Notes: generated by a model not told the origin, from the letters alone. 64,000 bases of DNA from the human T2T-CHM13v2.0 reference genome, Homo sapiens (GCF_009914755.1 NC_060940.1), one strand, 5' to 3'. Counted from the stretch's first letter, positions 13,607-31,776 are shown. Numbers and translations: made by a program.

Positions 13607-14439
13607 ACTCATAAAACTCAATAGCAGGTTAACAAGTAACCTGACCTAAAAACGAGCAAAGGACTTGAATAGACATTTCTGAAAAGGAGACATATGAATG
13701 CTCAACATGTATATGAAAATGTGCTCAACATCTAGTCATCAGTGAAATCTAAATCAAAACCACAATGAGATATTACTTCACACTTGTTACAATAACTATT
13801 ATACAATAGACAATAGATAACAAGTGTTGGTGAGGATGTGGAGAGAAGGGAACCCTTGTACACCATTGGTGGGAGTGTAAATTGGTATAGCCATTGTGGA
13901 AAACTGCATGGAGGTTTCTCAAACAGTTAAAAATAGAACTTTCATATGACCCAGCGATTCTACTTTGGTATACATATCCAAAGGAAATGAAATCAGTATC
14001 TCAAAGAGATATCTTCATTCCCATGTTCATTGCTGCATTATTCACAAAAGCCATGATTTAGAAACAACCTAAATATCTGTTAACAGATGATTGAATAAAG
14101 AAAATGCAGTAGGTATATCTATATCTATATCTACACACACATACCCACACATATCCACACATAATGAAATATTACTCAGTCTTAAAAAAGAAGGAAATCG
14201 TGTCATGTGTGACAGTGTGGAATATGTTATGCTAAGTGAAATAAGCAAGGCACAGAAAGACAAATACCACATGATCTTACTTATATGTGGAATCTAACAA
14301 TGTTATACTCATAAATGCACAGAGTTGAATGTGGTTTCCAAGGGTTTGAGGGATGTTGGGTAGATGTTGGTCAAAAGGTACCAAGTTTTGTTTATGCAGA
14401 ATGAATAAGCTCTAGAGACCTAATGTACAGCATAGTAAC

Positions 14440-14845
14440 TGTATTAGTCTGTCACATTGCTGTGAAGAAATACCTGAGACTGGGTAATTTATAAAGAAGT
14501 TTCATTGGTTCACAGTTCCCCAGGCTGTTCAGGAAGTAGGACGCTGGCATCTGCTTGGCTTCTAGGGAGGCCTCATAAAATTATGTTGGAAAGCAAAAAG
14601 GGGGAGCCAGCCCTTCACATGCCCGGAGCAGGAGGAAGAGAGAGTGAGGGGGGATGTGCCACACACTTTTAAACCACCTGATCTTGTGAGAACTCACTGT
14701 CATGAGAACAGCACTGAGAGGATGGTGCTAAACCATTCATGAGAAACCGCCATGATCCAATCACCTCCCACCAGAACTCATCTCCAACACTGGGGATTAC
14801 AGTATGACATCAGATTTTGTGGGGACACAGATCCAAACAATATCA
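14440..14845 (-). mobile_element. MSTA/MSTB (ERVL-MaLR) solo LTR
   Basis: tgtattagtc...cagatccaaacaatatca termini; 5-bp TSD gtaac/gtaat. Confidence 0.9.
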
Positions 14846-14913
14846 GTAATTATATTTATTAATACTGTATTACATATGTGAAATTAGCTAAGAGAGTAGA
14901 TCTTAAATGTTTT

Positions 14914-14916
<3 letters not shown>

Positions 14917-14949
<33 letters not shown>
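14917..14949. repeat. (CA)n microsatellite
   Basis: Seen directly. Confidence 0.95.
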
Positions 14950-14953
<4 letters not shown>

Positions 14954-15099
14954 ACTGTGAGGTCATGGGTATATTAATTAGATTGGTTTTAGAAGTCATT
15001 TCACAATGTATATGTATATTAAAACGTTACATTTTACATTGTAGATATATAAAATGTTTGTCAATTATACTTCAGTAAAGTTCAGAAAATGTTTTAAAT

Positions 15100-15560
15100 C
15101 ACAAAATAATCTTCTACTTTGGTTATTCAAGTTTTTTGATATTATATATATTGCTACAGTGAACATCTTTGTACATATATCTTTATTTCCATAGGAAAAA
15201 TTGCTAGAAGTTGAATGCCTTGGTGAGGTATTATGGTGTGGACATTTACACAGTACATACTCTGTTGTCAGACTGTTACTTAGAGAGATTTTCATTTTCA
15301 TTCCTACCTGCAATGTATGAAATGTGATCATCAGTTACTTCCACCAACCTCCTTTACCCTACTGTATACAGTGCTAAGTGTTCCAATTTACAAATATTTT
15401 TGCCGATTTGATGGGTGAAAATATGCTATTATTTTAAATGTCATTTATTTATTCATGAGGTTGAACACTTTGTATTTTTGTTGGCCATTCTTCTTTCTGT
15501 TATTCATTGGCTGATCGTATTTTGCTCATTTTTCTGTTGAGGTGTTAGTGTTTTTCTTAA
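15100..15560 (-). mobile_element. Old L1 (L1ME-like) fragment
   Basis: gctacagtgaacatctttgtacata..., gaggttgaacactt...ttggccatt antisense L1 motifs. Confidence 0.6.
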
Positions 15561-16001
15561 CATTTACTTTATCCCTTCTGCCTTTAACTTTATTGCTTTA
15601 ACCCTTCTGCCCACTTCCCAGATATTTTCTTATACCCAATTTTCAATTTTGTATTTAGATTTTTAATATTTATTTTAGGTGAAACATCTTTCCATTTAAG
15701 TCTTAATCGCAATAGTTGCATTAAATTAAATAACAATATTTGAAATTATTTAACTGCGTTTATGCTTACTGCTAGCCTTTTTGTACTGTGATTTAAAAAA
15801 AATTCTTGATTGTTCTCTTGGTCAGCCAAAATGTAGTTTCTAATAATATTTATGAAGACTAATGGCAGGGGAGTGGTCGTGGCATATTCTTTGAGTCTTT
15901 GCATTATAGAAGAGTGACTTCCTGTCCTTTCACTTGTGAATATCTGCTTGATTGGCTATAGGATTCTTAAGTATCAAACTTCCCCCTTAAAACTCTGTAG
16001 A

Positions 16002-16315
<314 letters not shown>

Positions 16316-16532
16316 AACTCTATGGATATCGTTCTGTGACCTCTGATATTTGATGTTGGGAGATGTCTGAGGTGATCTACATTATGGTTTCATTTTGGTA
16401 AGCTGTATTTTCTGTTTGGACATTTGTAGTATTTTATATTTAATTTTTTAACAGAATATGTTTATGTCCTTGCTCAACCATTTTATAGTGCAGACTCTGG
16501 TCTTTTCACAACCTTGGAAAACATTCTTCTAG

Positions 16533-16876
<344 letters not shown>

Positions 16877-17661
16877 TGTATTTTACTTCCATTCTGTGAT
16901 TCCTGTTAAGTACATTTGGATCTCCAGGATCTGTTCCTCATGTCTAAGGTTTTCCATCACTCATTTCTTGTATTTTCCCTGAGTTATAGGAGAATCTCTT
17001 GAGTTCACTCATCCAGCTCAGTAATTTGGTTTTTCTGCAGCATGTTTTCTGCTGTTCACTCCATCTATTGCCGTGTTAAATGAAGAAATGCTATTAAAAA
17101 AGTCAGTTGCCAGTGGTTTTTTCTGATCTCATACTGTTTCAGCTTCATGTCTGCTTACCGTATTTTCACAGATGCAGTGCCTTCTTGAATCAAGTGTCTT
17201 CTTGAAAAACTGAGAATTTTCTAAAATTTTATCATGTCAGTTCGAGTAAACTTTTTTCAGAAAAGACAGTTTTGATCAAAGTGCCTCCATTCCTTTGAAC
17301 TGTAGTAATTTTGCATAGTTCTGGCAATTACTCCTTGCCTCTTTATCCTCATAGAAAGTAGACTAGTACTGGCTGATAGGCAAGTAGCTGAGATTGGTTC
17401 TGTGAGAGATTAGTATGGATTCCTGGCCAAATCCTTTACTTGAAGGTGGAAGAAGATGTGTCCTTACACAGTCATGTAGAGATTTTATAAATTGGAGTGT
17501 GCTTAAGAACTTGTTTTTGTCTTTATGTGGATGCTTGCAGTATGAGCAAACCATGGTAGGTTTTGGCCCACTCCTATCATTGCTGATTGCTCCAGTTCCT
17601 TGTTTCTGCAATGCCTGGTACTCAGAGTCATGGCTTATAACAGCAGCACATCCAGGGGTCT

Positions 17662-17739
17662 GTGAGTATCACAGGTTATGTGCACAGAATTCTGGCTACA
17701 GTGAGTATCACAGGTTGTGTGCATAGAATGCTCGCTACA
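17662..17739 (+). repeat. 39-bp tandem duplication (2 copies, 35/39 identical)
   Basis: gtgagtatcacaggtt(a/g)tgtgca(c/t)agaat(t/g)ct(g/c)gctaca x2. Confidence 0.95.
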
Positions 17740-18390
17740 GAGGCAAGAGCCTTGCTCTCTGAGTGCCCTGTAAGCTTCTCTTGCCCTCCTGCTCTTTGCT
17801 TTCTGAGTTAAGAGGTGAGCATTTTGCTCAGGATTTGATTGGTATATTTATCAGGCTCGCTGCTCTTTTGGAGAGACAATCACCTGTCAGCCTTCTTTGC
17901 CCTTCTTTAATCTAATTCCACCTATACTATATTCAGCGCAATCATTTGCACTTCTGGCATATTGAGCACCTTTCTCTAATATATAGTGCCAAAAGAGGTT
18001 TTGATCCATTTTTATGTTCCATTGATTGTCTCATTGAGAATCTAGGAATGGGACGGGGCCTGTGTCTATACTGGCATCTTGCCAGGAACCTTCCCCTCCC
18101 CCTTTCATTGGCTATCAAATTCTGAAAATGTTTTCAGCCATGGGTGGCCCACATCTAGGAAAAACAAGGTCATAAATATTAAGATTGAGAGATGAGAATG
18201 GACAGGTAAGTAAGAATGAAAAGCTTCAGTGATTGTTTGAAGCTGGGAAGACTGGATTTCAGTACTGGGCTTATTTACCCCAAGAGTGCCTTTAGCAAAA
18301 GTCATGATTGTTTCTCTAAGAAATTTGGGTGAAATGGCCCTGGTAATGTACGTGACAGCAAACCCAAGGAAGTAAGGGCTGGGGTAAATT

Positions 18391-18499
18391 TAGGGTGACC
18401 AACTGTCCTTTTCGAAAAGTCTGTGGGCAAGGGGATCTCAGGATGCAGGACTTTCAGTATTAAAACCAGGAAAGTCGTGAACATGAATTGGTTACCCTA
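18391..18499. mobile_element. MER81-like hAT-Blackjack MITE
   Basis: Terminal inverted repeats tagggtgaccaa...ttggttacccta. Confidence 0.75.
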
Positions 18500-19639
18500 G
18501 CATAAATTATAGCATTGCTTCTGTGGTCTTTTATATATGAAATGAGATTTCATGCTACAGTGAATGTCCAGAGCTCTCTTCTCCACTGCCAGGGCACGCA
18601 GCATTCAGCCAGCAAAGAGTGAGAGCGTCTTTTCTTTTTGTGTGTGTGTTGTCACATCATCTACAAACTCTTACTCCAGTTGGATACAGTGTCAGTCAAG
18701 TTTCAGCTGTATTCTGAGATAGCTGTGGTAAATAGACATTCTTTAATTTATTTTTTCTAAAAATTATTAGGAATAATCTTTTAAAGCTGGGAGGGTCTTA
18801 AGTATATCCTTTGAGATGCACAATCCATGAAGCTTGTGTCGCTTTTATAGATGGAGTTTTCGATAAATTAGAAGCTCTTAAATGAAAATTACAAGTTTCT
18901 TTTTTTAAAGTCATAAAGGATTAGATACAGTTGGAAGCAATTTCAAAAGAATTGTTTGATTAGAGAGTTGCCAAGGATTTAAATGAAGGTGGAAGCCTCA
19001 AAGTATACCTTCTAGTGTTGTGTTTGCCATTTGGCCTGAGTCACTAGGTGACTCAGTGTTCCCCTCAGTGGAACAAAAGCACTTAACAAACCTACTCATT
19101 AAGGTGGTGATTTTTCCCCTAATTATGACTGTGGGTCCCAGTATTAATAGCATAGGAGTAATAAGGCTTTTATTTGGGTAGATGAGACTGGCATTTATGT
19201 ATTTCCTAGACATTGTCCCAGTCTTTTATGGGAATTTATCCTGGGAAGCCCCCTTCAAACTCCACTTTTTATTATTTTGCTTGACTCTGAAACCTCCTTT
19301 AGGCAACATAGTCAGGATCAACCAAAACTGCTCAGGAATGTCCTCAGAGATGGCAAACGGGAAGAGAGAATGGCCACTTAGCCTTCCTCATTAGGCCTTA
19401 CAGCCACACTTCTGCTTTTTATCCTCTATATTGTTGTGTTTATATTTGGATTTAAAACTCCAAATGTATCACTGATGTTTTCATCCTCACCTCTAATTGC
19501 ATTTTGTAGTTATTATTTTGCAATGTCCTAAGGTTTTGTGACTTATTCACCTTCAGTCAGTTGTTGCTGTGAAAACCCCAAGAGTTGTTCTTGAGTTTAT
19601 TTTTTCCTGACTTGACTCATCCAGTTCATTAGCATGTCC

Positions 19640-19820
19640 TATTGTCTTTTCCTAGAACATTCTGAATCTGTTGTCTGCTTATCGTCTCCTCCCCTGTCTC
19701 TGTAGTTCAAGTCACTGTTAACTCCTGCATGACTTACTGCAACAGCTTCCTGACTGGCCTTCTGCTGCCATTCTTGTTTCCCCTTTAGTTCTTCCTCTTT
19801 CCTATGAAACTGCCAGTCAG
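19640..19820 (+). mobile_element. L2 fragment
   Basis: ttactgcaacagcttcctgactggccttctgctgcc resembles L2. Confidence 0.65.
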
Positions 19821-21269
19821 ATTAGATTATTGATTCTTTTGAATTTGCTACACAGACAATAATATAATCTGTGAACAAACATACTCTAATTGTTTCCTTC
19901 TCTATTTGTATACCTTTTGTTTTCTTTTCCTGTCTTACTGTGTCAGCCAGGTCTTCCAATATGATACTGAAAAGGAATGTTGAGAGGAGACATCCTTGTC
20001 TTTTTCTTACTCTGAGCAGAAAAGTTTCTAGTTTCATACCGCTAAGTATGATATTTGCTGCAGGTTTCCTTACACATTCTTTATATGTTGAGGAAGTTCT
20101 TCTCTATTTCTAGTTTACTGAGAATTTTTTATCATGAATGGGTATCACATTTTGTCAAATGTTTTTCTGTACCTATTGGTATGATCATATTTTTTTTCTT
20201 TGTAGCTTGTTGGTGTGATAGATTATATTAGTTGATTTTTGTATGTTGAATCAGTTTTTTATACCTGTGATAAATCTCACTTGGTCGTGGTGTAATTCTT
20301 TTTATACATTGTTACATTCAATTTGCTAATATTTTGATGTGGATTTTTGCATCTATGCTTATGAGAGAATACTGGTCTTTAGTTTTCCTTTTTGTAAGGT
20401 CTGTCTGGGCAATGCTGGCCGCAAAGAATGAGTTTGGAAGTATTCCCTGTGTTACCTTCTAGTAAAGAATGTTAAGAATTAGTATAATTTCTTCCTTAAA
20501 TGTTTGGTAGAACTCAACAGTGAACATATTTGGGCCTGGCGCTTTGGAAACATGTTAATTATTGATTCAATTTCTTTAATAGAGATAGGCCTATTCATAT
20601 TATTCATTTCTTCTTGTAAGAGTTTTGGCAGATTTTATTTCTCAAGGAATTGGTTCATTTTTTATAGGTTTTCAGATTTTTGGGTAAATAACTATTGACA
20701 TCATTTTAAAATTATCCTTTTAATGTCCATGGGATCTGTAGTGATGTCATCTCTTTCATTTCTGACATTAGTAATATGTTTCTTGTCTCTTTTTTCTTAG
20801 TCTGCCTAGAGGTTTATCAATTTTATTGATCTTTTAAAAGAACCAACTTTTGCTTTCATTAAGTTTCTTTATTAGTTTTCTGTTTTTTATCTCATCGAGG
20901 TGCATTAACTTTTATTGTTTCTTTTCTTCTGCTTTGGATTAATTTGTTCTTTTTCTTTAATTTCACAAAGTAGAAGCTTAGCTTATTGATTTTAGATCTT
21001 TCTTCTTCTAATATAAGCAGAATGCTATATTAATGCTATACATTTGTGGCATTTAATGCTATAAATTCTCCTCTAAGCAGTGCTAATGTTGCTTCCAACA
21101 AATTTTGGTAAGTTGTGTTTTCACTTTCATTTAGTTCCTTTTTTTTAAGATTTTTTTGACCCACAGATTATTAGAAGTATATTGTTCTATCTCCAAGTAT
21201 TTGGGAATTTTCCAACTATCTTTCTGTTATTATTTTCTAGTTTAATTCCATTCTGGACTGAGGTCAAAT

Positions 21270-21522
21270 ATTTTTTAAAAAAATGTTTCAGACAAATAAA
21301 AATTCAGGGAATTTGTTGCTAGTAGACGTGTATTGCAGGAAATTTGTCAGAAGAAGAATGATATAGATCAGAAACTCAGATCTACATAAAGAAAGGAAGA
21401 GATTTTGAGATGGAATAAGTGAAGGTAAAATAAAAACCATTATTTTTCTTACCCTTAATTGATAGAAGAGATAACAATTTATTCACAATAATAACAACAA
21501 TGTATTCAATTATGTACGCCAC

Positions 21523-21565
<43 letters not shown>

Positions 21566-21610
21566 TGTGTACCTATGTATGCTTATTTGTAAGTGAAAGT
21601 AATGATAACA
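21270..21610 (+). repeat. Inverted copy of 22544-22856
   Basis: Hand alignment gives a near-identical reverse complement outside the microsatellite. Confidence 0.95.
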
Positions 21611-22838
21611 TTCTCTTAAATTTGGTAATACGTGTTTTATCGCCCAGAATGTGGTCTGTTTTGGGGAATGCTCCATGTGAGCTTGATACTAGTGTGTATT
21701 CTGCTGTTGTTGAATGAAATAGTCTATGTATGTCAGTTATATTCAATTGACTGATGGTATTGCTCAGTTCAACTATGTCCTTAATGATTTTCTGCCTGCT
21801 GTATCTGTCGTTTTCTGATAGAGGGATGTTGACATCTCCAGTTATAGTAGTGGATTTGTCTGTTTTTCCTTGCAGTTCTATCAGTTTTTGCCTTATACAT
21901 TTTGATGCTCTACTATTAGGTGCATACTGTTATATCTTCTGGGAGAATTTACCACTTTATCATTATGTACTACCCCTTTTTCTCTGTGATAATTTATCTT
22001 TGCTCTGAAATCTGCTCTGTCTGAAATTAATATAGGCACTCCAGCTTTCTTTAGATTAATGTTAGCATAGTATATCTGTCTTCTTTGTTTCTTTAAGTTT
22101 AATCTGTGTGTTTCTTTGTATTTGAATTGAGTTTCTTGTAGATAGCATATGCCTTGTTTTTTATCTATTCTGATAATCTCTTATTTTTTAATGTGTGTAT
22201 TTAGACCATGGGCATTTAAAGTGATTATTGATACACTTGGATTAATATCTACCATATTTGTTAATGTTTTCTATATTTTGTCTTGTTTTTTCCCCTGTTT
22301 TTGTCTTCCACTCTTTTTCTGCTTTTATAGTTTTGAGTATTTCATGATTTCATTTCATCTCCTTTCTTAGCATATCAATTACATATGTATTTTTTTACTT
22401 TTTAAGTAGTGACCTAGAGGTTGCAGTATACATTTACAGCTGTTCCAAGTCCACTTTCAAATAACACTATACTGTTACACAGATAGTGCAAGTACAGTAA
22501 AATAAAATATTCCTAATTTTTTTCTCTCATCTCTTATACTCATTGCTATCATTAATTTCACTTACAAATAAGCATAGATAGGCACACATACATATATATA
22601 TATGTGGCATACATAATTGAATACATTGTTGTTATTATTGTGAATAAATTGTTATCTCTTCTATCAATTAAGGGTAAGAAAAATAATGGTTTTTATTTTA
22701 CCTTCACTTATTCCTTCTCAAAGTCTCTTCCTTTCTTTATGCAGATCTGAGTTTCTGATCTATATCATTTTTCTTCTGACAAATTTCTTGCAATACAAGT
22801 CTACTAGCAACAAATTCCCTGAATTTTTATTTGTCTGA

Positions 22839-23165
<327 letters not shown>

Positions 23166-24165
23166 TGTTTCTCCTTTACTTTTAAAGGGTAGTTTTGTAG
23201 GATCCACAATTCTAGGTTGCTGTTTTTTTTTCCTCTCAACACCTTAAGTATTTCACTTCACTTTTGTATTGCTTGCCTCGTTTCTGAGGAAACGTCAGAT
23301 AGCTTTTTTTTTGCTCCGTTATAGATAAGCTGTTTTTTCCTTCTGGCTTTTTCAATATTCTTTATCTTTGACTTTCTGCAGTTTGAATATAATATGCCTA
23401 AGTGTAGGTTTTTTTCCTGAGCTTCCCGAGTCTCTAGTTTGGTGTCTAACATTAATTTAAGAATATTCTTAGTTATTATTGCTTCTAATTTTCTTCTGTT
23501 CCTTTCCCTCTTTCTTCGCCTTCTGTTATTCCATTATACATATATTACACCTATTGCAGTTGTCCCATAGTTCTGTTTTTTTTTTTTTTTCAGTCTTTTT
23601 TCTCTTTGCTTTTCAGTTTTGGAAGTTTCTCTTAATATATCCTCATGCTCAGAGATCTTTCATCTGCCTTGCCCAGTTCTCTAATGAGCCCATTAAAGGC
23701 ATTCTTCATTTGTGTTACAGTGTTATTGATTTCCAGCATTTTGTTTTTGATTCTTTCTTAGAATTTCCATCCCTCTGCTTACGTTCCCCATCAGTTCTTG
23801 CATGTCGTCTACGTTGTCCTTTAGGGTCCTTAGAATAGTAATCATAGTTTCAAAAACATTTCTGATAATTAATTTCTGCCATTTCTGACTCTGGGTCTGA
23901 TTTTTGCTCAGTTTTTTCAAATTGTGTTTTTTTGCCATTTAGAAGGCCTTGTACTTTTTTCTTGATAGGCAGATGGGATGCACTGGATAAGAGGAACTGC
24001 AGTAATAATGTGGTGGTAAGGTATGTTGGGAGGGGAAGCATTCTATAATCTTATGGTTAAGCCTCAGTCTTTTAGTGAGTTTATGCCTGTGAATTGTGAA
24101 CCTCACAAGTGCTTCTCATTTTCTTTTTTCTCATTCTTAGTTCCAATAGGATGGCTAGCAGGGGC

Positions 24166-24273
24166 TAGGAGTTCTAGGTGGCATTGAAGTATGTTCATGC
24201 CACTACACTCCAGCCTGGATGACAAGTGAGACCCTGTCTCCTGAGAAAATAAATAAATAAATAAATAAATAAA
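24166..24273 (+). mobile_element. Alu 3' fragment with (TAAA)n tail
   Basis: gccactacactccagcctgg...gagaccctgtctc plus tail. Confidence 0.85.
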
Positions 24274-24579
24274 GTCGCTATTTTTTCCCTTCCTTCTGCC
24301 AGAAGCATGAGAAGATGTTTTTGGATCTTCACTGTGAGAACCTGTTAGAGCTTTTGGAGATAAAACTCACAAAAGTGTGGGAGTTCCCTAAGATGGAGCT
24401 CCCCTGGACTTTTTAACTCTCAGTCCCGTCTACGTTGAATCTCCAGCAATTCAGTAGTTACAGTTACGGTTTTTCTATCCTGGAACTGGTTCCCATGTGT
24501 GTTTCTGCTTCTTGTTTTTTACTCTGATAAATTGTCATCTCTGTTTCCAGTGTGTCTCTCTCTCCAGAGTGAGGAATGA

Positions 24580-26710
<2,131 letters not shown>

Positions 26711-27338
26711 GTCTTAATATCTTGCATTTCTTTTCTATGTTTAGAGATGATATTGTAGGTTGTTTTTGCTGATACATAAGGGGCCTGGTGGCATTTGCCT
26801 CTTGGTTTAAGTCATTATCTTTTTTGGTATCTTGATAAAAATCTTGTGTTGCCTGTATAGGATGCCATTGCTGGAAACATTACAACTCTCTTTTTTTGTA
26901 ATAGAGGAAGTCATGTCCTGAGCAGAGGTTGTATAGATTTTGCCTGACTTGTGGTATCATTTCTTAGGATATATAACAACTTGGTCATTGGTTTTTCTCC
27001 CACTGCTTGTGGTTTTAGGAATATTCTTCAACTGATGAATTCACCACCTACTTCATTCTTGGGTTGTGAATCCCTACACTTGAGTTCTGTTCTAAGAGCC
27101 AAACATGCAACATGCTGAGTTGGTTGGTTTATTGCCTGGAAAATTGTTAGGGCAAAATTGATACTTTGATTATGGAGGGAAAGAGGCAGATTTTTCAGAT
27201 GAAAGGTGTGCAACTCCAAATTCTGGTTTATTCTAAAGATAAGGGTAGAAGTAGATGTGTCATGAGAAAGTGAAAGAAGCTCAATTCATATATAGTGAAT
27301 TTTATAGTGGGTGGGCATAATAGGACCACAAATAAGTA

Positions 27339-27654
27339 GAGTGACCCTATATCTCATTTGCTGAGGACAGTCCTGGTTTATACTTGTTGTTCTGGAATAA
27401 TTGTTAATAGCATCCCCTTTCACTCTTCAAAGTGTCATACTTTGTATGATAGAATATATACATATTTAGTTATATACATATGATTATATATATCTACTTA
27501 TATATACTTGCATATGTATAAGTATATATAAGTATATCATATTTATTGTATACTTATATTTATATTATTATACTTGTTATGTATCTACATATATATAATG
27601 TCTACTTATAAGTAGATACGCATATAATGGAATATATATATATGTAGTCACCTA
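27339..27654. mobile_element. MER94-like hAT MITE with internal ~200-bp TA-rich expansion
   Basis: gagtgacc...ggacagtcctggtttatac...cccctttcactc...[TA-rich]...gtcaccta. Confidence 0.7.
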
Positions 27655-27776
27655 CTTATAAGGGATTGATTAAAGAATACAAGGTAAGTATTGATTCCTT
27701 GGTTATTGTTATTTCTTGGAAGATAGATTTACTGTTTACTTTGTGTTTTAGTTAAATAATATATAGTATATACTGA

Positions 27777-27929
<153 letters not shown>

Positions 27930-28877
27930 TAATTGGATGTGACAGAAGTGGTTGAATGAGCAATTTACTATAGAGCTTTGGAAGAGTATTTGATGGGAAA
28001 ATTGCTTCCATCTAACTTGACTTTCGTCTCTGTTTACTTGCTTTTTGAGCTTTGGATTGTGTTGGATACAGTTTTAGAAAGCATATTCATGCCATGGGAT
28101 AAGTGTGTTTTGCTTCTTGGGGTTATGTTTCTTGGAGAAGGAAAATGCCGTTGACAAGTGTTTATAGTTAGAGGTTTATTTAGAGGGTTGTATCTGTCAA
28201 GGTCAAGGGCAGGAGATGACCAGAAGAATTGGGGCAGATTTTTATGCTTGTGCATGTGTTAGCTGTGGCTGGGTTCAGATGTTGAGAATTTTCATTTCCC
28301 TTAACTTTTTGGTCAGACTTCTGGGCATGTGAATGTAAAGAGAAAGTTACAGGGTTGCCAAGGAGTTTCTGAGCTCCACAGTTGTGTTCATAACCCAGAC
28401 TTTATTGCTAAATTCTGCCACCACTTGCAATGGCCCATGGTTAGCTGTTCAGACTAGTTCAGAATGGAAAACTAAGAAATGAGAAAAACTCATATTAGTC
28501 ATGTTGGGGTCCCATGTACTCAGTTAAGAGGGGTTCCAGAGAGCAAGGCATGAAAGGGATTACAAGTGACCTTCTACCTAAGCTTGCTATCCATGCTTTG
28601 CTTTATAGCTTGACCTTTCATGGAACTACAGGGGACAAGTGTGAGAAAATTGGGCGGAAGTGGTACAACAAAGTGAGAGGTACAGGTGCAAGGTCTTCCA
28701 GTGGCAGTACTGCGTGAGTCTATACGGCAGTGTTGTGTCTTTTGGTCATTAAGTAGCTTTACCAGTGGAACGATCATATTGCTGTGTGGCAGAGAGAGAA
28801 TGAATGAGTATTTAAACCAAGATGCCAGCAAGCCCATCCAGCACCTCTTTCTTCCTTTCTCCCCTTTCTTCTCTTTT

Positions 28878-29035
28878 CCATTCACTCATTCATTTAAATA
28901 TTTGAGTGCCTGTTATGTGTCCAAAACTGTAGGCCTGGGAGATAGAGCCGTCAACATGCCCATGATGCCCACCACTTTTGTGAACTTTAGTTGGGGGGGA
29001 CAAATTTTAAACAAATAAACACAGAAATAATTGTC
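28878..29035 (-). mobile_element. L2 3' end
   Basis: cattcactcattcatttaaatatttgagtgcctg. Confidence 0.7.
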
Positions 29036-29060
29036 TTAGAGACCTAAAGGGAGTTCTGTT

Positions 29061-29161
29061 AGAAAAGAGGGAAGCGAGGGAGGAAGGTAGGTAAGGACGA
29101 ACAGAGGAAGAAAAGAAGGGAGGGAGGGAGGAAGGAAGAGAGGGAGGGAGGAAGGGAGGAG
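29061..29161. repeat. GA-rich (GGAA/GGAG)n tract
   Basis: Seen directly. Confidence 0.9.
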
Positions 29162-29414
29162 CAAGTATTTATAGAGCATCTAATATGTGCCTTGTATTAT
29201 ACACAAGGATTTCATTTCCCCAGTTATAGGCATCTGTCTTTCTAGCTATAACCCTCCTAAGAATCCCTTTCTTGTGGATCACTTGAGTATATGGCTACTT
29301 AAGTGCGCCCTTCTACGTCTTTCCTAATCTAATCCAGAAGAGTGGACAGTCTCATTAGTGCTGGGTTCAAAGGGCTGTACAAAATGATAAATAAAAAGCT
29401 TGGGAAATATGTTC

Positions 29415-29540
29415 ATGGGGATAAGAATCGTACCTAATCGTAGTGTTCTTATGAGGATTAAATTAGTTAATACATGTAAGTCTTTTTAGAACAGTGACTG
29501 GTATACATTCAAAGAAGTTTGCCACTACTATTATTAAATT
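29415..29540 (+). mobile_element. MIR 3' part
   Basis: atgggg ataagaat...tgaggattaaattagttaatacatgtaag...tagaacagtgactgg. Confidence 0.75.
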
Positions 29541-29873
29541 ACTTCTACTGCTACTACTGTCTTTTCATTTTATTCTGTTGAAAAACTAATAGGAGATGGG
29601 AACAACTAAAGTTCACTGTGTGGAAGGTTATTCTGTCTTCATTTGTACACTACAGTGTACATAATAAAGCAAGAGAGATTAAATCATCAGCAAGTTTTGA
29701 TTGTAGGAACTACTATTCAGAAGGGATTTCAGTTTGTTCTCTCTTCAAACTTTTATTGAACTTTATAGTGTTCAAGGTATTCTTGTAGGGACTTGTGAAC
29801 AGGAATGGTTATATTCAGTGTCTTCAAGATGCTTATGGTCTAAAGAGTATGTACAGTGCAGAATAGAATGTAG

Positions 29874-30029
<156 letters not shown>

Positions 30030-30399
30030 TAGTTTTTGATAATTGTGTCAGAATATTCTTGGGATTCAATACAGAATGTCTTTTTAAAGAAATTTACATT
30101 TTATGAATAATTATATTTTGAATAGGTAGTTAATGCAAATGGTTCAAAATTAAAAAAAATACCTAAAGGTATACAGTTAAAGTCTCTTTCTCCTCAGGCC
30201 AACCAGCCCCTCATTCCCAGAGGCAACCAATGTTTAAAGGTTCTTGTTACTCTTTTGGTGATATTTAATATATAAGTAAAAATGTATGTAATTTCAAAAA
30301 TATTTTTAAATATAAATGGTAGCCTACTATATATATGGTTCTGTAGTTTTGTTTCAGTAAACTTTGGTAATAATTACTCATCAATATATAGCACTTAGC

Positions 30400-31776
<1,377 letters not shown>

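Larger units (their letters stand above)
13600..15090 (+). mobile_element. L1MA-type 3' portion (ORF2 end and 3'UTR), interrupted by an MST LTR and a (CA)n
   Basis: aaatcaaaaccacaatgagatattac..., caagtgttggtgaggatgtggag..., ...caattatacttcagtaaag. Confidence 0.88.

Noticed and set aside
17662-17739. CRISPR-like array (also considered for 42408-42546)
   Set aside because: Adjacent tandem copies without unique spacers, no cas genes, primate intronic context.
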